This document shows, piece after piece, positions 56,404-64,000 of a DNA stretch of 64,000 nucleotides (its first letter is position 1; every line of letters starts with the position of its first letter). The notes under the pieces are model-generated. The model was given only the letters and a program-made list of their open reading frames with translations, ran no database searches and was not told the origin of the DNA. The DNA is taken from assembly GCA_964571735.1 (NCBI GenBank), contig CAZNDD010000001.1:361-64360 (forward strand), read 5' to 3'. The stretch comes from an uncultured Muribaculaceae bacterium. Lineage in GTDB: Bacteria; Bacteroidota; Bacteroidia; Bacteroidales; UBA932. Position numbers and translations under genes: made by a program.

Positions 56404-57432
56404 ATGCCAGATTTCGACCCGCGCACGGACGCGAGGGACAAAGATAAGGATTTGGATGGAATTATCCGCCCGCAGGACCTGGGTGCTTTTACCGGTCAGC
56501 AGGAGATAGTTTCCAACCTTCATATTTATATCCAGGCAGCAAAGTTGAGAGGCGAAAGTCTTGACCATACTCTGTTTCACGGGCCTCCTGGACTCGGTAA
56601 GACAACTTTGGCGCATATCATTGCCAATGAGATGGGCGTGGGCTTGAAGATAACCTCGGGGCCGGTGCTGGACAAGCCCGGTGATCTTGCGGGGCTTCTG
56701 ACCTCGTTGGATACGGGGGATGTGCTTTTTATAGATGAGATTCATCGTCTTTCTCCAGAGGTGGAGGAGTATCTCTACTCCGCGATGGAGGATTTCGTGA
56801 TAGATATAATGATAGACAAGGGTCCCGGAGCGAGATCCGTGCGTATCAACCTCAATCCCTTTACCCTCGTGGGTGCCACCACCCGCAGCGGTCTGCTGAC
56901 GGCTCCTTTGCGTGCCCGTTTCGGCATTACCTGCGCTTTGGAGTACTACGATGTAGAGGATTTGAGGCGCATAGTTGAGAGAAGTGCCGATATACTCAAG
57001 GTACAGATTGACTCCGACGCCTCGCGTGAGATAGCTCTCCGCAGCCGCGGTACGCCTCGTATTGCCAATTCCTTACTCAGAAGGGTGAGGGATTTCGCTC
57101 AGGTTATGGGAGACGGCAAGATCGATCTTAAGATTGCCTCGTTTGCATTGGACAAACTCAGGATAGATACCCGTGGATTGGATGCCATCGACAACAAGAT
57201 ACTCTCGACTATCATCAACACCTTCGGAGGGGGGCCAGTGGGAGCCAATACCATAGCTACCGCAATTGGTGAGGATCAGGGTACATTTGAAGAGGTATAT
57301 GAGCCTTATCTTATAAAGGAAGGTTTCATAGTGCGTACCCAGCGGGGGAGAATAGCTACCGATTTTGCTTACAAGCATCTTGGCATCAGTCATAGCGGCG
57401 GTGAAGCAGTGGAGGAGGGGAGTCTTTTCTAA
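56404..57432 (+). CDS. ruvB: Holliday junction branch migration DNA helicase RuvB
   Basis: 342 aa with [22 protein letters not shown] and [15 protein letters not shown] motifs. Confidence 0.97.
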   Translation: MPDFDPRTDARDKDKDLDGIIRPQDLGAFTGQQEIVSNLHIYIQAAKLRGESLDHTLFHGPPGLGKTTLAHIIANEMGVGLKITSGPVLDKPGDLAGLLTSLDTGDVLFIDEIHRLSPEVEEYLYSAMEDFVIDIMIDKGPGARSVRINLNPFTLVGATTRSGLLTAPLRARFGITCALEYYDVEDLRRIVERSADILKVQIDSDASREIALRSRGTPRIANSLLRRVRDFAQVMGDGKIDLKIASFALDKLRIDTRGLDAIDNKILSTIINTFGGGPVGANTIATAIGEDQGTFEEVYEPYLIKEGFIVRTQRGRIATDFAYKHLGISHSGGEAVEEGSLF

Positions 57433-57482
57433 CAAGGATTTGCGAATCAAAAACTATAATACATCAATAATTTCTATCAGCA

Positions 57483-59429
57483 ATGGCAGATAAACTCATT
57501 TCAAAAATTCCTGACGGACCGCTTTCCGAAAAATGGACGAAGCGCAAGTCGGAAATCCATCTTGTGAGTCCCAACAACCGCCGCAAGCTCGAAGTCATCG
57601 TGGTCGGAACCGGCCTCGGAGGAGCTTCTGCAGCAGCTACTCTCGGCGAATTGGGCTATAATGTCAAGGTGTTCTGCATCAGTGATTCCCCCCGTCGTGC
57701 CCACTCTATCGCGGCACAGGGTGGTATTAATGCAGCCAAGAACTACCAGAACGACAACGACTCGGTCTACCGCCTCTTCTATGACACCATCAAAGGAGGT
57801 GACTATCGCAGCCGCGAGGCCAATGTTTATCGCCTTGCCGAGGTTAGCGCAGCTATCATCGACCAGTGCGTAGCCCAAGGCGTTCCTTTTGCCCGTGAAT
57901 ACGGCGGTTACCTTGCCAACCGTTCATTTGGTGGCGTGCAGGTGAGTCGTACTTTCTACGCCAGGGGTCAAACCGGTCAGCAGCTCCTTCTCGGTGCTTA
58001 CGCTGCCCTCAACCGTCAGATTGCCGCAGGTACGGTCCAGAGCTATCCTCGCTATGAGATGCTCGACCTCGTGCTTGTAAATGGTCAAGCCAAGGGTATC
58101 ATCGCCCGCAACCTCGTGACTGGTCAGCTTGAGAGATTCGGCGCACACGCCGTGATTATCGCTACAGGTGGTTACGGAAATGCTTACTTCCTTTCGACCA
58201 ACGCTATGAACAGCAACGGTTCAGCTGCCGTTCAGTGCTACCGCAAGGGCGCATATTTTGCCAACCCCTGCTTCGCTCAGATTCACCCTACATGTATCCC
58301 CGTACACGGTGAGCAGCAGTGCAAACTGACACTTATGTCAGAGTCTCTGCGTAACGACGGCCGTATCTGGGTGCCTAAGAAACTCGAGGATGTGGAGAGA
58401 CTCCGCCGCCGTGAGATCAAGGCTTCTCAGATTCCCGAAGAGGATAGGGATTACTATCTCGAGCGCAGATACCCTGCATTCGGTAACCTCGTCCCTCGTG
58501 ACGTGGCTTCACGTGCCGCTAAGGAGAGATGCGATGCAGGTTTCGGTGTAAATGAGACCGGTAAGGCCGTGTTCCTTGACTTCGCAGATGCCATCAACAG
58601 ACTTGGTCATCAGAGAGTGGCGGAGCGTTACGGTAACCTCTTCGATATGTACGAGAAAATCACAGCTTCATCCCCTTGGGAGGAGCCTATGATGATTTAT
58701 CCTGCTATCCACTACACCATGGGCGGTATCTGGGTTGACTATGACCTTCAGACCACCATCCCTGGTCTGTATGCCATCGGTGAGGCTAACTTCTCCGACC
58801 ACGGCGGAAACCGTCTCGGTGCTTCCGCTCTCATGCAGGGTCTTGCAGACGGTTACTTCGTAGTGCCTATCACTATCGCGGACTACCTCTCCAACAAGTT
58901 CTCCGAGCCTAAGACAGATGTCAATTCCAAGGAATTCGTCGAGGCCGAAAAGGCTGTGCAGCAGAGGATTGACAAACTCTTTGCTATCAATGGTACTGAG
59001 ACAGTCGATTCTATCCACAAGAGACTCGGACACATCATGTGGGAGTATGTCGGTATGGCCCGTGACGAGGAAGGCCTCAAGAAGGCTATCGTTGAGATTA
59101 AGGAACTCAAAGAAGAGTTCTATAAGACCGTCAAGGTGCCCGGAGGACAGTACGAGTTCAACCAGGAGCTTGAAAAGGCCCTCAGACTTGAAGATTTCTT
59201 CGAAATCGGCTTGTTGATGGCTAATGATGCCCTTAACCGTAAGGAGTCTTGCGGTGGACACTTCCGCGTGGAAAGCCAGACCGAAGAGGGTGAGGCAAAG
59301 CGTGACGACAAGAATTACATGTATGTCGCAGCTTGGGAGTACAAGGGTGAGAACGAAGAGCCCGAACTCCACAAAGAGCCTCTTAACTACGAGTTTATCG
59401 AGGTCAAGACCAGAAACTACAAAGACTAG
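57483..59429 (+). CDS. frdA: Fumarate reductase / succinate dehydrogenase flavoprotein subunit
   Basis: 648 aa with the FAD dinucleotide fold [23 protein letters not shown] (His for covalent FAD) and a C-terminal [10 protein letters not shown]. Confidence 0.95.
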   Translation: MADKLISKIPDGPLSEKWTKRKSEIHLVSPNNRRKLEVIVVGTGLGGASAAATLGELGYNVKVFCISDSPRRAHSIAAQGGINAAKNYQNDNDSVYRLFYDTIKGGDYRSREANVYRLAEVSAAIIDQCVAQGVPFAREYGGYLANRSFGGVQVSRTFYARGQTGQQLLLGAYAALNRQIAAGTVQSYPRYEMLDLVLVNGQAKGIIARNLVTGQLERFGAHAVIIATGGYGNAYFLSTNAMNSNGSAAVQCYRKGAYFANPCFAQIHPTCIPVHGEQQCKLTLMSESLRNDGRIWVPKKLEDVERLRRREIKASQIPEEDRDYYLERRYPAFGNLVPRDVASRAAKERCDAGFGVNETGKAVFLDFADAINRLGHQRVAERYGNLFDMYEKITASSPWEEPMMIYPAIHYTMGGIWVDYDLQTTIPGLYAIGEANFSDHGGNRLGASALMQGLADGYFVVPITIADYLSNKFSEPKTDVNSKEFVEAEKAVQQRIDKLFAINGTETVDSIHKRLGHIMWEYVGMARDEEGLKKAIVEIKELKEEFYKTVKVPGGQYEFNQELEKALRLEDFFEIGLLMANDALNRKESCGGHFRVESQTEEGEAKRDDKNYMYVAAWEYKGENEEPELHKEPLNYEFIEVKTRNYKD

Positions 59430-59435
59430 TCAGCA

Positions 59436-60215
59436 ATGGAATTTAATCTTAAGATATGGCGTCAGAAAAACGCCAAGGCAAAAGGACATTTCGAGACCTA
59501 TCATATCAGCGGCATCGAAGAGGATGCTTCATTTCTCGAAATGCTTGATATCCTGAACGAACAGCTTATCCGTCAGGGAGTTGATCCCGTGGCTGTGGAG
59601 AGAGGCTGCCAGAGCAGCGGTCCTGTGTCTTTCGACCACGACTGCCGTGAGGGCATCTGCGGTGCCTGCTCGCTTTACATCGACGGCCGTGCCCATGGTC
59701 CGGACGATCATGTGACTACATGTCAGCTCTTTATGCGTCACTTCAAGGACGGAGCTACCATTACCGTAGAGCCTTTCCGCAGCGCAGCTTTCCCTGTAAT
59801 CAAAGACCTTGTAGTAGACCGTAGAGCTTTCGACAAGATTCTTCAGGCAGGCGGATTCGTCTCAGTCCGTACCGGCTCTGCTCAGGATGCCAATACTCTC
59901 CTTATCCCTCACGATCAGGCTGAAGAGAGCATGGATGCAGCAGCTTGCGTCGGTTGCGGTGCTTGCGTAGCTACCTGTAAGAACGGTTCTGCAATGCTTT
60001 TCGTTGCAGCCCGCGTCAGTTCTCTCGCTCTGCTTCCTCAGGGTCGTCCCGAGGCCAAGAAGAGAGCGGAGGCCATGGTCGCCAAGATGGACGAACTCGG
60101 ATTCGGTAACTGTACCAATACCCGTGCCTGCGAGCTTGAGTGCCCTAAGGGTATCACTGTCGCTCACATCGCCCGTCTCAATCGCGAGTTCCTCAAGGCT
60201 CATTTCTCGAACTAA
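59436..60215 (+). CDS. frdB: Fumarate reductase / succinate dehydrogenase iron-sulfur subunit
   Basis: 259 aa with three Cys clusters: [21 protein letters not shown] and [14 protein letters not shown]. Confidence 0.95.
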   Translation: MEFNLKIWRQKNAKAKGHFETYHISGIEEDASFLEMLDILNEQLIRQGVDPVAVERGCQSSGPVSFDHDCREGICGACSLYIDGRAHGPDDHVTTCQLFMRHFKDGATITVEPFRSAAFPVIKDLVVDRRAFDKILQAGGFVSVRTGSAQDANTLLIPHDQAEESMDAAACVGCGACVATCKNGSAMLFVAARVSSLALLPQGRPEAKKRAEAMVAKMDELGFGNCTNTRACELECPKGITVAHIARLNREFLKAHFSN

Positions 60216-60237
60216 TCGGGTAATACTCAATAATGAA

Positions 60238-60269
60238 AGACGGTCACATCATCTGTGACCGTCTTTTTT
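60238..60269. terminator. Rho-independent terminator candidate between convergent frdB and hflX (possibly bidirectional)
   Basis: AGACGGTCACA-tcatc-TGTGACCGTCT (perfect 11-bp stem) followed by TTTTT on the + strand. An A/T-rich flank is also present on the other side. Confidence 0.7.
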
Positions 60270-60376
60270 CATAAGTGCTTTATGTCCTGGGACTGTTTCA
60301 AATGGTCTGGCAATAAGTCGATATTAAAGTCTGATAACCTTTTGGTTGGCTTTGTTATTATTTGAAACAGAGTCTC

Positions 60377-61570
60377 TTACCAGAGGAAATTGTTGAACGG
60401 GTAGCGTCCGGCGTGGATTTCCGCGACCATTTTGTAGAGGTCGTTGCGGAGTTTGTCTATACCCATTTTCTTCTTTGCAGAGATGAATATGCAAGGGGAT
60501 TTCTCGCTTGCTATCCAACTGTTCTTGAGGTCTTGGAGGGTGTAGTTATCCTTGCCTTTGGGTTCGAGTGAGAATTCGTCGTACTCCTTGTAGGTGTAGG
60601 AGTCGATTTTATTGAATATGACGTAGACAGGTTTGTCTGCCGCACCAATATCTTTCAAAGTCTGTTCAACCACCTTCATTTGCTCCTCAAAGTCCGGGGC
60701 GGTAATATCTACCACATGAAGCAGTATGTCGGCCTCTCTGACCTCGTCAAGGGTGCTTTTAAAGGCTTCTACGAGTTGTACGGGAAGTTTGCGTATGAAT
60801 CCTACCGTATCGCTCAGCAGGAAAGGCACATTTTCTATGACTATCTTTCGTACGGTGGTGTCGAGCGTGGCGAATAGTTTGTTCTCTGCGAACACATCGG
60901 ATTTGGCAAGCAGGTTCATCAGAGTAGATTTGCCCACATTGGTATAGCCTACGAGAGCGAGCCTTACGAGACTGCCTCGGTTGGATCTCTGGACGGACAT
61001 CTGTTTGTCTACCTTCTTGAGTTCCTCCTTGAGGCGTGTAATCCTTTGCTTTACTATGCGCCTGTCCACCTCTATCTGAGTCTCACCCATACCGCCTCTG
61101 GTTCCGCGTCCGCCTCGTTGTCTCTCAAGGTGTGTCCACATGCCTGCGAGGCGGGGGAGCATGTAGTTGTAGCGGGCGAGTTCGACCTGCATCTTGGCGT
61201 ATGAAGTCTTCGCCCTCTGGGCGAAAATCTCCAGAATCAGGCTTGTACGGTCTATAACTGCCGAAGTTTTGATGATTTTCTCGATGTTGCGCTGCTGCAT
61301 TCCGCTCAGTTCATCGTCGAAAATCACGTAGTCAATCTCGTTTTCTTCGCAGTAGACGGCTATTTCTTCGAGTTTACCGCTACGTATATAGGTGGCATTG
61401 TCAGGTCTGTCTACCTTTTGGATGAATTTCTTGTCTCCAACGGCTCCTGCGGTCTCTGCAAGGAACTCCAACTCGTCAAGATATTCCTGTATCTTGCGTT
61501 CGTCTTCACCTTGCTTCACTATGCCTACGAATACGGCTCTTTCTTCTTTTTTGCTCTCTGTTTCGTACAT
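60377..61570 (-). CDS. hflX: GTPase HflX
   Basis: 397 aa with LVGYTNVGKSTLMN (G1), DTVGFI (G3) and an HflX N-terminal domain (DELEFLAETAGA). Confidence 0.95.
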   Translation of the reverse strand: MYETESKKEERAVFVGIVKQGEDERKIQEYLDELEFLAETAGAVGDKKFIQKVDRPDNATYIRSGKLEEIAVYCEENEIDYVIFDDELSGMQQRNIEKIIKTSAVIDRTSLILEIFAQRAKTSYAKMQVELARYNYMLPRLAGMWTHLERQRGGRGTRGGMGETQIEVDRRIVKQRITRLKEELKKVDKQMSVQRSNRGSLVRLALVGYTNVGKSTLMNLLAKSDVFAENKLFATLDTTVRKIVIENVPFLLSDTVGFIRKLPVQLVEAFKSTLDEVREADILLHVVDITAPDFEEQMKVVEQTLKDIGAADKPVYVIFNKIDSYTYKEYDEFSLEPKGKDNYTLQDLKNSWIASEKSPCIFISAKKKMGIDKLRNDLYKMVAEIHAGRYPFNNFLW

Positions 61571-61693
61571 GAATAATTCTTAGGTCTATTCGTAAACCAT
61601 CACTAAAATTCCCATAATTGTTTCTTTAGTAGTTCATAGTGACAGTTTTATATAACGCTATATGGATATCATTATTTATGAAATATTCCATTC

Positions 61694-61720
61694 AAAAAAG
61701 GCCATCCTCAGCGGACGGCC
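61694..61720 (-). terminator. Rho-independent terminator candidate after tonB
   Basis: Reverse strand GGCCGTCC-gctga-GGATGGCC (7 of 8 bp) followed by TTTTTTG. Confidence 0.55.
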
Positions 61721-61744
61721 TCCTGATATTCAGTCCTTTATAAC

Positions 61745-62434
61745 TTACCTCAACTGGAAGTAAACAGGGAAGGTGTAGGTCACAGGGACAGCTCTGTCGC
61801 GCTGTTTTCCGGGACTCCACTTGGGCGAGCTGGATACTACTCTGACTGCTTCCTTGTCGATGGAAGGCTCCACGCCACGGATGACTTTCACATTGGTGAC
61901 TCTACCGTCGGCTTCTACGCGGAACTGAAGCATTACACGCCCCTGTACACCGTTCTCCTTTGCGATTTCAGGATATACGAGTCGAGTTGCAACCCATTTT
62001 GAAAACTGGTTGGCATCACCGCCCATGAATGAAGGCTTGGTTTCAACCAACTGGAAGGGGATGGCTTCCTCTTCGATTTCCTCCTCTTCCGGACCTTCCA
62101 CATAGTCCATGATTTCTACACCGAGATCATCGTCATCTTCGAGGTTGATGATGTTGTCATCAACCTTGACTTCGTCGTCCACGATGTCAATCTGGTCGGA
62201 AAGAACAGGGATTTTCGGAGCTTCGGGTGGCGGGGGAGGAGTCTCCTGGGTTACAGGTACGAATTCCTCTTCAATTACTTGCTGTGTGCCAGCGTCAAGC
62301 GTTGCCACTTGCTTTTCTGTGGTACCCACAGAGAATGCGAAGTAGACCACTGCGAGGGTAACTACGGCACCGAGTTCCACGAACAGCAACCTTTTGTTTT
62401 CAAGGTTTGCTTTCGGAGTCTTTTTAACTTCCAT
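61745..62434 (-). CDS. tonB: Energy transducer TonB
   Basis: 229 aa with an N-terminal anchor (LLFVELGAVVTLAVVYFAF), a Pro-rich PPPPPEAPKIP linker and a C-terminal TonB domain (AKENGVQGRVMLQFRVEADGRVTNVKVIRGVEPSIDKEAVRVV...WSPGKQRDRAVPV). Confidence 0.9.
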   Translation of the reverse strand: MEVKKTPKANLENKRLLFVELGAVVTLAVVYFAFSVGTTEKQVATLDAGTQQVIEEEFVPVTQETPPPPPEAPKIPVLSDQIDIVDDEVKVDDNIINLEDDDDLGVEIMDYVEGPEEEEIEEEAIPFQLVETKPSFMGGDANQFSKWVATRLVYPEIAKENGVQGRVMLQFRVEADGRVTNVKVIRGVEPSIDKEAVRVVSSSPKWSPGKQRDRAVPVTYTFPVYFQLR

Positions 62435-62464
62435 ATCTTCTTTTGTGATTTATCAAATAGCTCC

Positions 62465-62472
62465 CAAAGTTA
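62465..62472 (-). promoter_or_regulatory. Candidate -7 promoter box (TAACTTTG) for tonB
   Basis: The reverse strand matches TAnnTTTG, about 30 nt upstream of ATG 62434. Confidence 0.4.
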
Positions 62473-62613
62473 GGAATTTTTCTTTTTGATTCCAATTTTC
62501 TATGTGTGCTAATTTGAACATTATTGATTTTATATCAATTTGTCTTGATTTTTGTCGATAGTCGGGATTGTATTTTGTTTTCTTTGTTTGGTGAATATAA
62601 GTCAGATTCTTGC

Positions 62614-62621
62614 TACATTTG
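62614..62621 (+). promoter_or_regulatory. Candidate -7 promoter box (TACATTTG) for the nhaC-like gene
   Basis: Matches TAnnTTTG, 32 nt upstream of ATG 62654. Confidence 0.4.
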
Positions 62622-62653
62622 CGATGTATTAATGAATTTGAACCTATTTTGTA

Positions 62654-64000
62654 ATGTCTGAAATTGTTTCGGAGAATAAAAATTCCGTAGCTGAAGTAGA
62701 TGAGGATGTAGAACAGATCCATTCTGTGGGTAGAGCGAAAGGTTGGCTTGCTCTAAGTCCTCTGATTGTTTTCCTTATAATTTATTTTGTGTCTTCCGTG
62801 GTGGCGAAGGATTTTTACAAGGTTCCTATCGCTTCCGCTTTTCTTATCAGTTCCGTTTATGCTCTTTGTATATCTAAGGGGAAACTGAGTTCGAGAATTG
62901 AGACTTTTTCAAAAGGTGCAGGGGATAAGAATGTCCTGCTGATGCTATGGATATTTGTGCTTGCAGGGGCATTTGCTTCTACGGCGAAGGATATAGGGGC
63001 CATTGAGGCTACAGTTAATCTTACCCTCAAAATTTTGCCTTCGAATATGATTCTTGCGGGGCTTTTCCTTGCTTCATGTTTTATCTCGATGGCTGTCGGT
63101 ACCAGCGTAGGCACTATTGTGGCTATAGTTCCTATAGCTTCAGAACTTGCTATCCAGACGGGACTTAACTTGCCTATGATTACCGCGATTATCGTGGGTG
63201 GGGCTTTCTTCGGTGACAACCTTTCTTTTATTTCGGACACGACCATAGCTTCGACTAAAACACAGGGATGTTCGATGTCCGATAAGTTCAAGGCAAATAT
63301 TTGGATAGCGGGGCCTGCAGCCGTTATCGTGACCATTATCTACATCGTGCTTGGTGCTCAGTTGCCGACTGGATTGACGACGGAAGACGTGGAATTGGTT
63401 AAACTGATTCCTTATTTGCTTGTCATAGTACTTGCGGTGTCCGGGGTTAATGTACTTGTGGTTTTGACTCTTGGAATTGTATCTAATCTGATTATTGGCC
63501 TTGTTTGCGGCAATTTTGGTTGGATAGGATTTCTTTCTGCTATAGGTGACGGGATAGCGAGTATGGGAGACTTGATTATAGTAACTCTGCTGGCTGGCGG
63601 AATGCTTGAAGTAATCAGAAAGAACGGAGGGCTTGATTTTATTATAGAAGGATTGACTAAGACTGTCAAGGGGAAGCGTGGTGCTGGGCTATGTATTGCA
63701 TGTCTGGTATCTATAGTGAATATCTGTACGGCTAACAATACCATTGCAATCATTACATCTGGAGGTATTGCCAAGGATATTACAAAGAAGTTTTCTCTCA
63801 ATCCGGTCAAAACAGCCAGTATACTCGATACGTTCTCTTGTGTGATTCAGGGAATTATTCCTTATGGTGCGCAGATGCTTATGGCGTCGGGGTTGGCAGG
63901 TGTGTCTGCAGTTGCGATCATCCGTTATCTCTATTATCCCTTGGTTCTCGGGCTTGTTGCTATTTTGGCTATTCTGCTGGATTTCCCAAAAAAGTATTCA
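62654..64000 (+). CDS. Na+/H+ antiporter NhaC-family protein; 3' end beyond the window
   Basis: My own translation from ATG 62654 is open for 449 codons to the window end: MSEIVSENKNSVAEV...GWLALSPLIVFLIIYFVSS...GAFFGDNLSFISDTTIAST... It is polytopic with NhaC-like motifs. It is missing from the ORF track because there is no stop in the window. The listed - strand ORFs 62857-63336 and 63412-63810 are its shadows. Confidence 0.8.
   Translation, partial: MSEIVSENKNSVAEVDEDVEQIHSVGRAKGWLALSPLIVFLIIYFVSSVVAKDFYKVPIASAFLISSVYALCISKGKLSSRIETFSKGAGDKNVLLMLWIFVLAGAFASTAKDIGAIEATVNLTLKILPSNMILAGLFLASCFISMAVGTSVGTIVAIVPIASELAIQTGLNLPMITAIIVGGAFFGDNLSFISDTTIASTKTQGCSMSDKFKANIWIAGPAAVIVTIIYIVLGAQLPTGLTTEDVELVKLIPYLLVIVLAVSGVNVLVVLTLGIVSNLIIGLVCGNFGWIGFLSAIGDGIASMGDLIIVTLLAGGMLEVIRKNGGLDFIIEGLTKTVKGKRGAGLCIACLVSIVNICTANNTIAIITSGGIAKDITKKFSLNPVKTASILDTFSCVIQGIIPYGAQMLMASGLAGVSAVAIIRYLYYPLVLGLVAILAILLDFPKKYS

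Noticed and set aside
62523-62539. Palindrome ATTGAT-N5-ATCAAT in the tonB / nhaC spacer, and ATTGA-t-TCAAT plus a further ATTGAT in the EF-G paralogue leader (34242-34270); considered as Fur-like or other operator sites.
   Set aside because: The arms are only 5-6 bp in very AT-rich DNA, so chance occurrence is likely. There is no match to a regulator consensus I can state with confidence.
62453-62722. 89-aa - strand ORF spanning the tonB / nhaC intergenic region.
   Set aside because: It overlaps the promoter region and the 5' end of the nhaC-like gene. It is AT-rich and Ile/Lys/Asn/Phe-rich like non-coding DNA, with no motif.
1-64000. Screen for tRNA/rRNA genes, CRISPR arrays, IS elements, integrases, toxin-antitoxin or defence-system gene sets.
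   Set aside because: No intergenic region longer than about 450 bp exists. None shows tRNA-like T-arm motifs or regularly spaced direct repeats. Every sizeable ORF is accounted for by housekeeping or envelope families. I found nothing that supports a mobile or defence island in this window.

Overview
This 64-kb window looks like a chromosomal segment of a Bacteroidales (Bacteroidota) genome at roughly 50 % GC. The assignment rests on gene content: a type V (Mfa-like) pilus locus, a SecDF fusion, a PSP1-GldH pair, a DAHP-synthase/chorismate-mutase fusion, and TAnnTTTG -7 promoter boxes. I call 49 protein-coding genes, two of them truncated by the window edges. I found no rRNA, tRNA, CRISPR array, transposase or integrase. 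Gene order from left to right: (1) a five-gene type V pilus operon on the - strand (1-6131), including a large pilin fused to GLUG-motif adhesin modules; (2) a tightly packed six-gene operon of TolC, adaptor, RND pump, small PG0541-like protein, thioredoxin and an OM beta-barrel (6583-13541); (3) a long run of housekeeping genes: polyprenyl synthase, holB, PSP1, gldH-like, trmB, tsaC, mutL, rhomboid, rsmE, an aro pair, GH20 hexosaminidase, secDF, apbC, mutS, an EF-G paralogue, galM, thyA-folA, a 961-aa peptidase-like/propeller protein, CpXC, ychF, rsmA, an EEP nuclease, galK, ppiD-like, lptC, TPR, an OM protein, coaX and mfd; (4) ruvB, frdA, frdB, hflX, tonB and a partial nhaC. Most of the window is ordinary core genome and I see no obvious accessory island or defence system. 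Six things deserve a second look. The strongest is a cluster of seven DnaA-box motifs plus an AT-rich tract between divergent mfd and ruvB, a candidate oriC not linked to dnaA. The others are the pilin-GLUG adhesin with a G8 tract in its 5' coding region, an EF-G paralogue with degenerate GTPase motifs (DAPGS, NQLD), a peptidase_MA-like/beta-propeller/C-terminal-barrel-like protein coupled to a CpXC protein, thioredoxin and an OM barrel embedded in an efflux operon, and frdAB without an adjacent cytochrome b anchor gene. All product calls come from motif and family recognition by eye. No database search was run.
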